NCBI RefSeq assembly: GCF_009914755.1
Contig: NC_060934.1
DNA length: 64,000 bases
DNA from: the human T2T-CHM13v2.0 reference genome, Homo sapiens
Strand: one strand, 5' to 3'
The notes below the pieces were generated by a model. The model saw nothing but the letters and a program-made list of their open reading frames with translations. It was not told the origin of the DNA and did not search any database. The position numbers and the translations under genes are program-made. Of the stretch, positions 38,774 to 50,470 are shown in pieces (the stretch's first letter is position 1; each line of letters opens with the position of its first letter).

Positions 38774-40909
38774 ATTTGGGGAGTTCATTTGATGATCTCT
38801 GTCTAGCTCATAGACAGGGAACCCAGGCAGCGATCTTTCAAGAGATAGGATAGCATCCCCACTCTGCCCTGCCATCCCTTGGGAGGAGAGTGAGAATCAG
38901 GATGTGCAGGACTTGAGTTAGGCATTTGATATCCCTCCCAGCTCATGTTCATTGGCTCCCCTGGCAGATACATCCTCAGCCAGTTTGAATGGTTGGTGGT
39001 AACCAAAGCTATTTATTGACTTAGAAAACCACTCAGACCATGTGTTTAGGGGGTGTGTTCCTCCCAGCTGTGGATCTGTTGAACAAATAGCAGTCATGGG
39101 CTGGAGGTGAAGTCAGACTCGGGTCTACAGTGGAGAAGTCTCACCCTCGCTGTACTTGACATGACTGGGGAGCTGGGGTAATATCTTGATAATGGCAGTC
39201 ACATGTCTTGGTGCCTCTGAGATGACAGAATTGGGTCCCCTTGGCATTGAACTTGGTACATCTGATCTTGAAGTGCCCCAGTGGGTGCTAAATCTTCCAG
39301 AAGATCTTGTGTGTTGTCTGGATCTGCCAGTGGCCAGAACACAGATCTTAGTACCCTATAGTTCCTGCTTCCTTCTCCAGAGGCTGAGTGATGCTACTCT
39401 GTTATCATGTTATAGATGAGGAAATGAGCAGGAAACTGTGCCCAGAGAAAGATTGCAGCCCCCTGCAGACATGGCCAGGGCTGAGCATCTGTGGGAAGAA
39501 GATTTCAGTGGCTCATGGCCTCGGGCACCCTTATCAGTTGATGGCATTCATCTCTGCAGAGTCACAATGGAGTTGCTGAGGAAATTGAAGCTCTTAGGCA
39601 GAGGAGCACAATTTGGCCTCTCCCTAGTAAAACTACCAGACCGTTCTTAGCTCTTTTCTTTCCACATGTTTAGATTTCCCATGAAAAAGGCACAGCGTCC
39701 TCTCCCTCAGTTAAGATCTAGTTATCCATTTGGCTAAGTGAGAAATCTCATATTACAGAATTATTAATTCAACAAATATATATTGCATACCTGCTGAGTG
39801 CCAAGCACTGGGGCTAGGAAAAGTAATAAAGTGTTTTTTGCATTTATTTAGGCCCTGGGCTGGTTCAGATATAAGGAATAAAACAACAGTGCCCCGTCTT
39901 CAATTGCCCATAGTCCAGGGAGGCAGGATTTCATGTTGCTGCGATGAGGACAATTGAGGTGTACGTAGAGTAATTCCTGGGCATGCACAGAAGTAGATGA
40001 CAGTGAGGGGCAGTGGCTTAGTGTGCTGGCTGAGGACTCAGACCTGGATTCCTGTTCTGGCTATAGAATTTGCTCCCTGAGAGCCACATCTATTAGATAG
40101 AGATAGCAAGAGTATCTGGTGGTGAGATAGAAGGAGAGCACTGCCATTGGTTGAGCTCTTATTATAAGCCCAATGTTGTGTTAAGGTACCCGAGACACAG
40201 GATTATTGGAGGCTTGTGCAGCTGGTACTTAGAGGAGGTTAGGGGCGAAGGGACATTACCATTTGAGAGCCTCATTTATTAGCTGGGGAGTGAGTTGCCC
40301 AAGGTGCCAGATCCAGCTGGTGGCAGAGTTGTCTCTTGTTCCCAGGCCTTCGGTTTCCTTCTGCGTTGACTGGGCACTTGCCCCACTTTCCCAAGCTGGG
40401 CTCGGGTTTTGTTCCGATATGGAAATGTGGCTGCAGAGGGGCTGAGGTTAGCAGAGGCTCACCCAGGATGGCCGCCAGCTCCCTTCCCATGGATCAATGG
40501 AGCCCGCACCTCCAGTTGGCAATCTGTAGAAAAACAAATTAAAACAGAGAAGCTCTCATTTCCTTTTCCCCCCTCACCCTGCCCGGACAGATTTATTTTG
40601 GAAAGCGACAGGAGGCTAATGGAATCACTTAATTTCCCTGATAATAAATTACCCCCAAGTGCAATAATTAAACGTTTCACAACAAACAGTTTCCTTCTGC
40701 AAAACCTTCCTCATAGGTCTCTCCTGATTTGCCAGTCCTCCTTCCTCCCCCTTCCTCCCCCCTGCCCCCTGCTCCGCCCTGAGTTAGCCTGGCCTGTCTA
40801 GTGAGTCATCTTTCATTTCTGGGCTTAAGGAAGCTGACGCAGGCAATCGCCTGGGTCCAATAGGAGGACCCTATAGGATTGCGGGACAGAAAAGAATGTG
40901 TCATGAGAG

Positions 40910-41115
40910 AATCAACCAGATCAGGGTTTGAATCTTGGCTCTGCCACTTCCCAGCTGCATGACTTGGGAAAGTCACTTAATTTCCATTTGCTTCAGTTTT
41001 CTTCATTTGCAAATGGGGATAATACTGCTCAGCTGGCAGAGTGCTGATAAGGCTTAGAACCAGTACGTGCAAAGTCCCTGGTGCATAATAGGTCTTCAGC
41101 AAATAGGAACTGTTA
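40910..41115 (+). mobile_element. MIR SINE
   Basis: gggtttgaatcttggctctgccacttcccagctgcatgacttgggaaagtcacttaa. Confidence 0.85.
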
Positions 41116-41179
41116 AAAATTAATGTTTCCAGTCTATTTTTGTTTTTTTGACATACACTGCCCTGAATTGTTGGAGTGG

Positions 41180-41280
41180 GAGAGAGAAAGAGAGAGCCAG
41201 AAAGAGTGACAGACAGACAGAAAGAAAGAAATAGAAAGAAAGAAATAGAAAGAAAGAGAAAAAAAAAAGAAGGAAAAGAG
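41180..41280. repeat. Purine-rich GA/GAAA simple repeat
   Basis: agagagaaagagagag..gacagacag..agaaagaaatagaaagaaagaaatagaaagaaag..A-run. Confidence 0.9.
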
Positions 41281-43681
41281 GTGAGCTGAGGTGGGCGTCT
41301 CAGATCATCGCAGGGCTGAAGAGAGCAAGTGAGGCTTTGTCAAGTGGTGCTCAAACCTCTATGTAATCATGCACACCACAGCCAAGGGACGGCACATTAG
41401 CCAATCTTCCTAGCCAGATGTCTGAGGCTTTGCAGCAAGCCGAAAGGAGCCAGCTGGAATTTGGAGACCTGCCTCTCTTCCCTTGCAGCTCAGAAGCTGG
41501 GTGCCCGTCTGCATATTAGCAGATTTGGAAGCAACGATGGCATTTTCCCCTATGATGCATGATTAATATACAATTGACTGTGGAATGCACAGCTGTTGGA
41601 TATTTTCAAGGCAAATGACTCCATAAGACTAAGAACATACATGGGTTTATGTGATACAAGGTCCAGCCTTGGTGTTAGTTATAGACAACAGGTAAGGGTC
41701 AACCGTGCCAGCCCTCTGGCCTGGAGGATGGGAACAGGGTATTCGGTCATCTTCTCACTGTTAGCATCCCTGGGAACGATGTTCTGCAAAACATCCTGTT
41801 TTCTCATGGTTTCCTCCTGTGTCTTCCATGTGTCATCATGCATGTCTGGCTCCAGCACTGGGCTCAGCTCAATTGGGATCCACAATGGACAAGGCCCTCC
41901 AAGGCCAGTCCAGAGGGCTGTGAAGGGTGTTCACATCTGTCCTAAGAAGGGCAGAGGAAGGGGAAAGTGTTCTAGGTTGGGAGCTGCAGAGAAGCAACCA
42001 CTTTTAATTGGCAAAATGAGAAACGCTTTGCGGACTAGTGAGTGAAAGGAATTCTATGAATTGAGCCTATCAAAAATGTTTTCAGCCTGTTTTTTGGATC
42101 TGACGGAAGCTATGACTTTATTTTCTTGCAGGGTCAGTCTACCTCCTTGTGTCTCAGTTCCATCCTTTATAAAGAGAAAAGGATAGTTTCTGCCTTACTT
42201 GAAAATTACATGAGGTAATGCCCATAAAGAATACAGCACATGCTTGACCTGCCTGAGTGCTTAAGAGTAGGCAGCTACTCTCATGCTCTTGGGTGGACTA
42301 ATTCAGTCAGCCTCATGGGTAGCGGGGGTCCTGCCCTGATCCCAGGGTTCCCTTTCAGTCCTCTCTCCCTTGCTTCCATGAGAGAATCTTGACTCCTTTG
42401 TGCTAGAATTGCTTTTCGGGCCCTGAGCTACCTGAGGGGCTGGGCAGAGTGGGGACAGGTTGCTATAGCTCCTCCTTCTCCTCCCCGTGTTCTTTCCTGC
42501 CTCCTTTAAGGGTGCTAAGACAATGAATCCCTCATCCGCTTGGACCAAGAGCCACCTTGGGATGTGCATCCTGCCTGCTTTCAGCCAGGAAAGCAAGGTG
42601 CCTCTTGGGCCTTACTGCAGCTCACTTGAGAATGAATTTCGGTTTGTTTCAAAGGTTAAGTTTTAAGTTAAGGGAATTTATCTGGGAACTTGGTGGGGTG
42701 TGTGTGTGTGTGTGTGAGGGGTAATCCAATAACCACAACACACGGAGGAGGAAAGCTGCAGATGCCTCACTTTTTGTTCAGGCAACCTACGAGATTAACT
42801 GGGTGGGAAGGCAGTGTTATTTACCCATCGATCTTGTAGAGAATGTGTTTCAGGTGGGTAACCTGACAGGCTTGAGTGGCTGGAGCTGAGCTGGTGAATT
42901 TCAATTTCAATTTAGAACTGAAAAGACCTTTACAGCCCGAGAATTTCCTTTACAAAAGCCGGGGGACCAATGCTCAGAGAGTCCAAGAGTCTCTTATAAG
43001 CAAGTGACGAGTGTTCAGACAGGGGCCCTTGGTTATCTGTGTCCACCCAGCTTTCTGTTCTTTTGACTGGGGCAGGTTAACTCAGACCTTAACGACAGCC
43101 ACCTGCAACAGGTGAACTGTCTCCTTGAAAGGAAAAGTATTCTGTAGCTGTGTGTCCCATAATCAACAAATATTTGTCAAGAGAAGGGATTTGCTCCTTT
43201 GATTTAAACTATTATTTCCAGAAAGCCCAGTGAAAATGCAAATATGTTTTCTGGGCGAGTCAGCCTGTTAAACTATTAAGCTGATAACCCCAGTTTGTTG
43301 ACTTAGTTCTGGTTACCTAACGCCATCTTCAGGAGCCCCAGCAGGTCATTTTGGTGGCCGGATATGGAAGCTCAGGACAGGACTACGGAGTGGGGTTTTC
43401 AGCGCAGGGCCAGCCAGAGAAGTCCCACGCTCTGGAGAAGAATGGCCTAGTTCCACATTTTGCCAATTCTGTTGGCAAGGTTTCGGACACTCCAGAGGAG
43501 GAATTGAAAATCATGTCCCTTCAGAATCTTCCAGGTGCAGGTTTCCAGAAAGGAACTAAAGTTGGCCAGCTTGGGAAGTGTCCCCCATTGCCAGCTTGCC
43601 AGCTATTGTATTGAAACAATTAAAGGGAAATTGAGAACTATCCTCATCACTGTGTTGTCACTGAAATGCAATATATATATA

Positions 43682-46600
43682 TTTTTTTTAAGTTCCCATT
43701 TTTTATGACCATGTGTACTCAATGTTTAGCTCCCACTTATAAGTAAGAACATATAGTATTTGGTTTTCTGTTTTTCTGTGTTAGTTTTCTTAGGTTAATG
43801 GTTTCCAACTGCATCCATGTTGCTGCAAAGGACATGATTTTATTCTTTTTTATGGCTGTGTAGTATGCCATGGTGTATATGTACCACGTTTTCTTTATCC
43901 AGTCCACTGTTGATGGGCACCTGGGTTGATTCCATGTCTACTCTTGTGGGTAGTGCAGTGATGAAAATACAGGCGCATGTATTTTTTTGGTAGAATGATT
44001 TATTTTCCTTTGGGTTTATATCCAGCAATGGGATTGCTGAGTTGAATCAGGTGGTTCAACTCTCAGTTGTTTGAGAAATCTCAAAACTAGTTGCCACAGT
44101 GGCTGAACTAATTTACATTCCCACCAACAGTGTATAGGCATTCCCTTTTCTTTACACCCTTACCAACAACTGTTACTTTCTGACTTTTTAACAAAAGGCA
44201 TTCTGACTGGTGTGAGATGTTATCACACTGTGGCTTTTGCATTTCTCTGATGATTAGTGATGATGAGAATTTTTCATATGTTTGTTGGTTGCTTGTCTAT
44301 CTTCTTTTGAAAAGTGTTTGTTCATGTCCTTTGCCCAATTTTTAATGGGGTTATTTGTTTTTTGCTTGTTAATTTAAGTTTCTTATGGATTCTGGATATT
44401 AGACTTTTGTTGGATGCATAGTTCGTGAATATTTTCTCCCATTCTGCAGGTTGTCTGTTTACTCCCTTTATAGTTTCTTTTGCTGTGCAGAAGCTCTTTA
44501 GTTTAATGAGGTCCCATTTGTCAATTTTTAGTTTTGTTTCATTTGCTTTTAAGGACTTAGCCATAAATTATTTGCCAAGGCCGGTATAGAGAAGGGTATT
44601 TTCTAGTTTTTTTCCCCTGGAATTTTTATAATTTGAAGATTTCCATTAAAGTCTTTAATCCATCTCAAATCAATTTTTGTATATGGCGATAGGTATGGGT
44701 CCAGTTTCATTCTTCTGTATGTGGCTAGCCAGTTATCCTAGCACCATTTATTGAACAGAGAGTCTTTTCTCCATAGTTTATTTTTGTCAACTCTGTTGAA
44801 GATCAGATGATTGTAGGTGTGCAGCTTTATTTCTGGGTTCTCTATTCTGTTCCATTAGTCTATGCGTTTTTGTACCAGTACCATGCTATTTTGGTTATTG
44901 TAGCCTTGTAGTATAGTTTGAAGTCAGGTAATATGATACTTACCTTTGTTCTTTTTGCTTAGAATTGCTTTGGCTGTTTGGGTTCTTTTTTGGTTTTATA
45001 TGAATTTTAGAAGGGATTTTTTTCTAATTCTGTGAAAAACAACATCAGTAGCTTGATAGCAATAATGTTGAATTGTAAATTGCTTTGGGCAGTATGGCCA
45101 TTTTAGTGATGTTGATTCTTCCAATCCATAAGCATGGGATGTTTTTCCAAATATTTGTGTCATCTCTGATTTCTTTCAGCAGTGTTTTGTAATTCTCCTT
45201 TAGAGATCTTTCACCTTCTTGGTTAGCTGTATTCCTCGGTATTTTAGTTTTTTTTGTGGCTAATGTGAATGGGGATTGCATTCTTGATTTTGTTCTCAGC
45301 TTGAACATTATTGGTGTATAGAAATGTTACTGATTTTTGTACAATGATTTTGTATTTTGACACTTTAGTGGAGTCATTTCTCAGCTCTAGGCGTCACTTG
45401 GTGGAGTCTTCAGAGTTTTTTTAAAGGTGTATAATCATATTATCAGTGAAGAGACATATCTTGACTTCTTTTCCTATTTGGATGCCTTTTATTTCTTTCT
45501 CTTGCCTGAGCCCTCTGACTAGGACTTCCAGTACTATATTGAATAGGAGTGATGAGAGTAGGCAGTCTTGCCTTGTTCCACTTCTCAAGGGGAATGGTTT
45601 CCACTTTTGCCCATTCAGTATCATGTTGGCTGTGGGTCTGTCATAGATGGCTCTTATTATTTTGAAGTATGTTCCTTTGCTGCCTAGTTTGTTGAGGGTT
45701 TGTATCATAAAGCAATATTGGATTTTATTGAAAGCTTTTTCTGCATCTATTGTGATGATCGTATGAATTTTGTTTTAAATTTTGTCTATATGGTGAATCA
45801 CATTTATTGATTTGTGTATATTGAACCAACCTTTCATCCTAGGGATAAAGGCTACTTGAGTGTGATGAATTATCTTTCCGATGTGCTTCTGACTTCAGTT
45901 TACCAGTATATTCTTGAGGATTTTTGCATCTATGTTCATCAGGAATATGGACCTGGAGTATTTTTTCTTGTGTCTCTGCCAGCTTTTGGTATCAGCATAA
46001 TGCTGACTTTGTAGAATGATTTAGGGAGGAGTCCCTCCTTGATGTTTGGAATAATTTCAGTAGAATTGGTACCAGCTCTTCTTTGTATGCCTGGTAGAAT
46101 TTGGCTGTGAATCCATCTGGTCTAGATCATTTTTTGGTTGGTAGTTTTTTTGTTTTTTTGTTTTTTTAAAATTACTGATTCAATATTGGAACTTGTAATT
46201 GGTCTGTTCAGGTTTTCAATTTCTTCCTGATTCAATCTTGGAAGGTTGTGTGTCTCCAGGAATTCATCCATTTTTTTGAGATTTCCTGATTTGTGTGAAC
46301 GGAGGTGTTCATAATGGTCTCTGAGGATCTTTTGTATTGCTGTGGTGTTGGTTGTAATGTCATCTTTGTCATTTCTGATTGTGTTTATTTGGATCTTCTT
46401 TTTTGTTGTTGTTGTTAATCTAAGTAGTAGTGTATACATTTTGTTTAACCTTTCAAAAAACCAACCTTTGGTTTCATTGATCTTTTGTATGGATTTTTTT
46501 GCATCTCAGTTTCATTCAATTCAGCTCTGATTTTGGTTATTTCTTTTCTTCTGCTAGCTTTTTTTTTTTAAATAAAAAATGTTTCTAGTTCTTCTAGGTG

Positions 46601-47575
46601 CGATGATGGATTGTTCATTTGAGATCTTTCTAACTTCTTAATGTAGCTATTTAGCTCTCTAAACTTTCCTCTTGACACTGCTTTAGATGCATCCTAAGAT
46701 TTTGATATGTTGTGTCTCTGTTTTCATTTATTTTGAAAATTTTTTGATTCCTGCCTTAATTTCATTTTTTACCCAAAAATTATTCAAGGAGATCTTCTTG
46801 GTATTGGTTTCTATTTTTATTGCAATGTGGTCTGAGAATGTGCTTGGTATGATTTTGATTTTTTTGAATTTACTGAGACTTGCTTTATAGCTGAACATGT
46901 GGTTGATATTAGAATATGTCCCATGTGCAGATGAGAAAAATGTATATTCTGTGATTGTTGAGTAGAGTATTCTGTAGATGTCTATTAGGTCCAATTGGTC
47001 AAGTGTTGAGTTTAGGTCTAGGATTTCTTCATTGGTTTTCTGCCTTATGATCTGTATAACACTGTCAGAGGGGTGTTGAAGCCTCTCACTATTATTGTGT
47101 GGCTGTCTAAGTCTTTTCATAGGTCTAGGAGAACTTGCTTTATGAGTCTAGTGCTCTAATGTTTGGTGTGTATATATTTAGGATAGTTATATTCTTGTTG
47201 AATATAACCTTTTATCATTATGTAATATTCTTCTTTGTCCTTTTTCACTGTTGTTGGTTTAAAGTCCTTACATTATATAAGAATAGTGACCCCTGCTCTT
47301 TTATGTTTTCTATTTGCCTGATTGATCTTCTCCATCCCTTTACTTTGAGCCTGTGTGTATTGTTACATGTGAGATGGGTCTCTTGAAGACAGCAGACAGT
47401 TAGGTCTTAATTTTTATCCAACTTGCCACTCCCTGCCTTTTAAGTGGAGGCATTTAGATCATTTACATTCAAGGTTAATATTGATATGTGAGATTTTGAT
47501 TCTGTCATCATATTGTTAGCTGGCTATTTTGTAAACTTGATTGTGTAGTTGCTATATAGTGTCTGTGGGCTATGG
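43682..47575 (-). mobile_element. Primate L1 (old L1PA/L1PB-like), 5'-truncated, ~3.9 kb, ORF2 disrupted
   Basis: Minus-strand ORF fragments match L1 ORF2p: [72 protein letters not shown] (endonuclease); many stops and frameshifts. Confidence 0.97.
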
Positions 47576-47686
47576 ATGCACTATTTTACATTCCTACCAG
47601 CAAAGCACAGGGGTTCCAATTTCTTCATTTCCTTGCCAACACTAGTTATTTTCCACTTTTCTTGGTTAATTGCCATCCTAATAGGT
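47576..47686 (-). mobile_element. Short older L1M fragment
   Basis: tgcactattttacattcctaccagcaaagcacaggggttccaatttct..ccttgccaacact..gccatcctaataggt. Confidence 0.75.
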
Positions 47687-47807
47687 TTAATTATATAACT
47701 ATATATATATAGTTATATAAATGGTTATATCTATCAGGATGGCAATTAATATTTGGTTATATTAATAGGTAATAATAGGTTATACCTGTTAGAATGGCAA
47801 TTAATAT
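47666..47807. repeat. AT-rich palindrome with inverted and direct copies of the flanking L1 end
   Basis: Perfect 30-bp palindrome 47691-47720; outer arms 47666-47690 and 47725-47749 match 22/25; third copy 47778-47807. Confidence 0.9.
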
Positions 47808-48404
47808 ATATATAATACATATATATATTTAAAGTTGCTCTTTTCTTGGTCACAAATATCACAAATGTCTTGGAACAAGAGCAAACACATTGTTTTAATT
47901 CTTTAAAATAAAAACTGTCTGACTTCAACAAACAAGTGACACATTATGCAGGTTCAGCAAGCATAGTGACATATAGTCAGGTGAAACCAGCAGATATTTG
48001 ATAATGTGCATGTGCATAAAATTGGGCACAAATAGTAACTGGTTACCATAAAGGAAGGAACTTTGTCAAATTTTATATAAACAAAATAAATGGATTTTTT
48101 TCCTGCTAATTTTTCCCAGTATCATACTCAGCATCTCATGTGAGAGAGATGTTTTGCCCAGATGCTTTCCCTTGGTCCTGTCTCTAGTTCAGACAAGACA
48201 CCTTTTCTGCCATAGAGTTAATCCTTCAGTTCTGTTCTCTGCTCTTTTTTCATCCTCTTGTTTTGGATGTTTGTGAGATAGATACAAATACAATTCTGGG
48301 TCCCAAAGCTAAAGGTCAGAAAAGAAATCTAGCAAAGCCACAGAAGCATGGTCTGTATACACGACAGATATCTATTGACCACCATGCCTGGCCTGGGTGA
48401 CATA

Positions 48405-48738
48405 TAGCAATTCCCCTCTTATCTGAGGGGCATGTGTTCCAAGACATCCTGCTGATTCTTGAGGCCTCAGGTAGTACCAAATCTTATATATACTATGCTT
48501 TTTCTTAAACATACACGCCTATGATGAAGTTTAATTAATACATTAGGCAGAGTAAGAGATTAGCAAATGTAACTAATAAAATATAACACTTATAACAATG
48601 CAGTATAATAAAAGTAAGTAAATGCAGTCTTTCTCACAAAATATCTTATGGTACTGTATTCAACCTATATTTAGACTGCAGTTGACTTCAGGTAACTGAA
48701 TCTGTGGAAAGTGAAAGTAAGGATAAGGGGGTCTACTA
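48405..48738 (-). mobile_element. MER44A (TcMar-Tigger) inserted in a MIR
   Basis: TIRs tagcaattcccctcttatc / ggataagggggtctacta, TA on both sides; gtaactgaatctgtggaaagtgaaag. Confidence 0.85.
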
Positions 48739-49760
48739 TAACTTCTCAAGTATTGATCCTGTGGAACCCCTACAACAAGGCGTGGGGAGATACTTTTATT
48801 TTACAAATGAGGAAATTGTTACCCAGAGAGGCAAGTGATTTGCCCAAAGTCACCCAGGTGGTTAGTGTCAGAGCCAGGACTTAAACTTGGGTCATCTGAC
48901 TGAAAGCTTTTCTTCCTTGTAATACTGCCTTTTCCTTCGTAACTGAGGTGGTTGAATCAGAGGCGTGTGAATAATTGACTTCCAACAGCACCACAGGAGA
49001 GCGCCTCACACAATAGTAAACATTCATTGTGCTGCAAATATTTACCAGGAGCCCACTCTGTGCCTTCCCTGTGAACACAACCTCCAGTGTTGCCCAAAAG
49101 CAGGAGTCAACTTTCAAGTGGCCTGTGTGCTTTTGAAATTTCATTGTGAAGAGATGGATCACGTGAGGAAAGTAATTCCATCTCAGACCTCCAAGAAAGC
49201 CTCTTGAGTGCCATTGACCATTTAGGAGAACAATGCAAGAAAATCGTCCGCAGATGGTTTTCTCAGTTAGAAATAGGACCTGCATATTTAAAAATCTTAT
49301 CTTGGGAAAGATATTATGCTTTTCAATTTCTTTTTCTTGGTTATTTTTTTTTTTAGTTACACAGGCTCTATTGCTGGGATCTTAATGTTCTTGACAATGA
49401 TGACACTGAGGAAGGAGCTAATATTTACTTAGCCAGATGATTTTTTTTTTAACTAACGTTGAAGTTTATTTATTAACTTATATGTGCACTCAAAAATATT
49501 GACTTGGTACTTGATATGTACGAGGTATTCGAGATTTAAAATTAAAATTGACCAGGACATGACCCTGACCCTTGCCCAGCTCACTATTCATGAGTAACAG
49601 TGGAGGCAGATACCTAAACCTTTAACTAGCATGGAATGTAAGAAGGGTTATGGTAGACAATTGTACAAAGTACTGTGGCAGCGGGGATGTAGTAACAATG
49701 ATCTCACCTTACAGAGATCACTGAAAGCTCTACTGAGCAGGGGACACTGGAGTGGGGTAT

Positions 49761-49877
49761 TGGAGGATGAGTAGAAGCTTATAATATGCAGAAATGGAAG
49801 ATTAATGTGGGAAGTGGCTGGAGGATGATTAGAAGCTTGCAATATGCAGAAATGGAAGATTAATGTGGGAAGTGGCT
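49761..49877. repeat. 2 x 58-bp tandem duplication within an L2 fragment
   Basis: tggaggatgagtagaagcttataatatgcagaaatggaagattaatgtgggaagtggc repeated with 3 mismatches. Confidence 0.95.
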
Positions 49878-50299
49878 AGAGACTGAGCTTGATAAGATTC
49901 ATAGAGGGAAGGCTGAGGCATTTGGACTTTTATCTATTGGCACTGAGTACCTGTTTAAGGAAAGGTTCTGAATGAGTTACTGAGAACACAGGGCTCCTTT
50001 CAGCACCTTGTTCCCTGACCACCCTTTCTCAGCAGGCAACGATGCTAGGAAAATTGGTAAACCTGTGTGTCTGAAAATGTGCTTGTGATAAACATTCTAT
50101 AAACCATAAACTAGCTTTCAAATTACCTACAGGATACTTTTGGATATTTTTTCAAGTTTCTGAGGGATATTCTAAGTTGCAGTAGTTTCAAAACACTTTT
50201 CAGCTCTTCACCTCAAGAGCCTCCCTGCTAAACTGATTTTACCTTTATGGGCTGTTCTTAGGGTTTAATGAGCTCATGGCCATGATGTTCCAGGTGCAT

Positions 50300-50470
50300 A
50301 GGACTGAAAGAGTGGGATTTCATCGAGCCACCTTGCTGTTTTACAGGTGAGGGAGCTCAGCTATGAAGAAGGTGAATGTCTTGAACAAGAACACACAGCT
50401 GGTAAATGGCAAAGCCAGGATTTCAACCTGGTCGGTCTGGCTGCGGAACCGTGTTCTTAACCATGATGCT
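50300..50470 (-). mobile_element. MIR SINE
   Basis: ttttacaggtgagggag..acacacagctggtaaatggcaaagccaggatttcaacctgg. Confidence 0.8.

Noticed and set aside
43840-47120. ORFs with reverse-transcriptase/endonuclease similarity as an active element or new RT system
   Set aside because: Fragments of L1 ORF2p broken by stops, frameshifts and deletions; promoter and nearly all of ORF1 absent
49761-49877. CRISPR-like repeat
   Set aside because: Two adjacent copies with no spacer, in eukaryotic DNA
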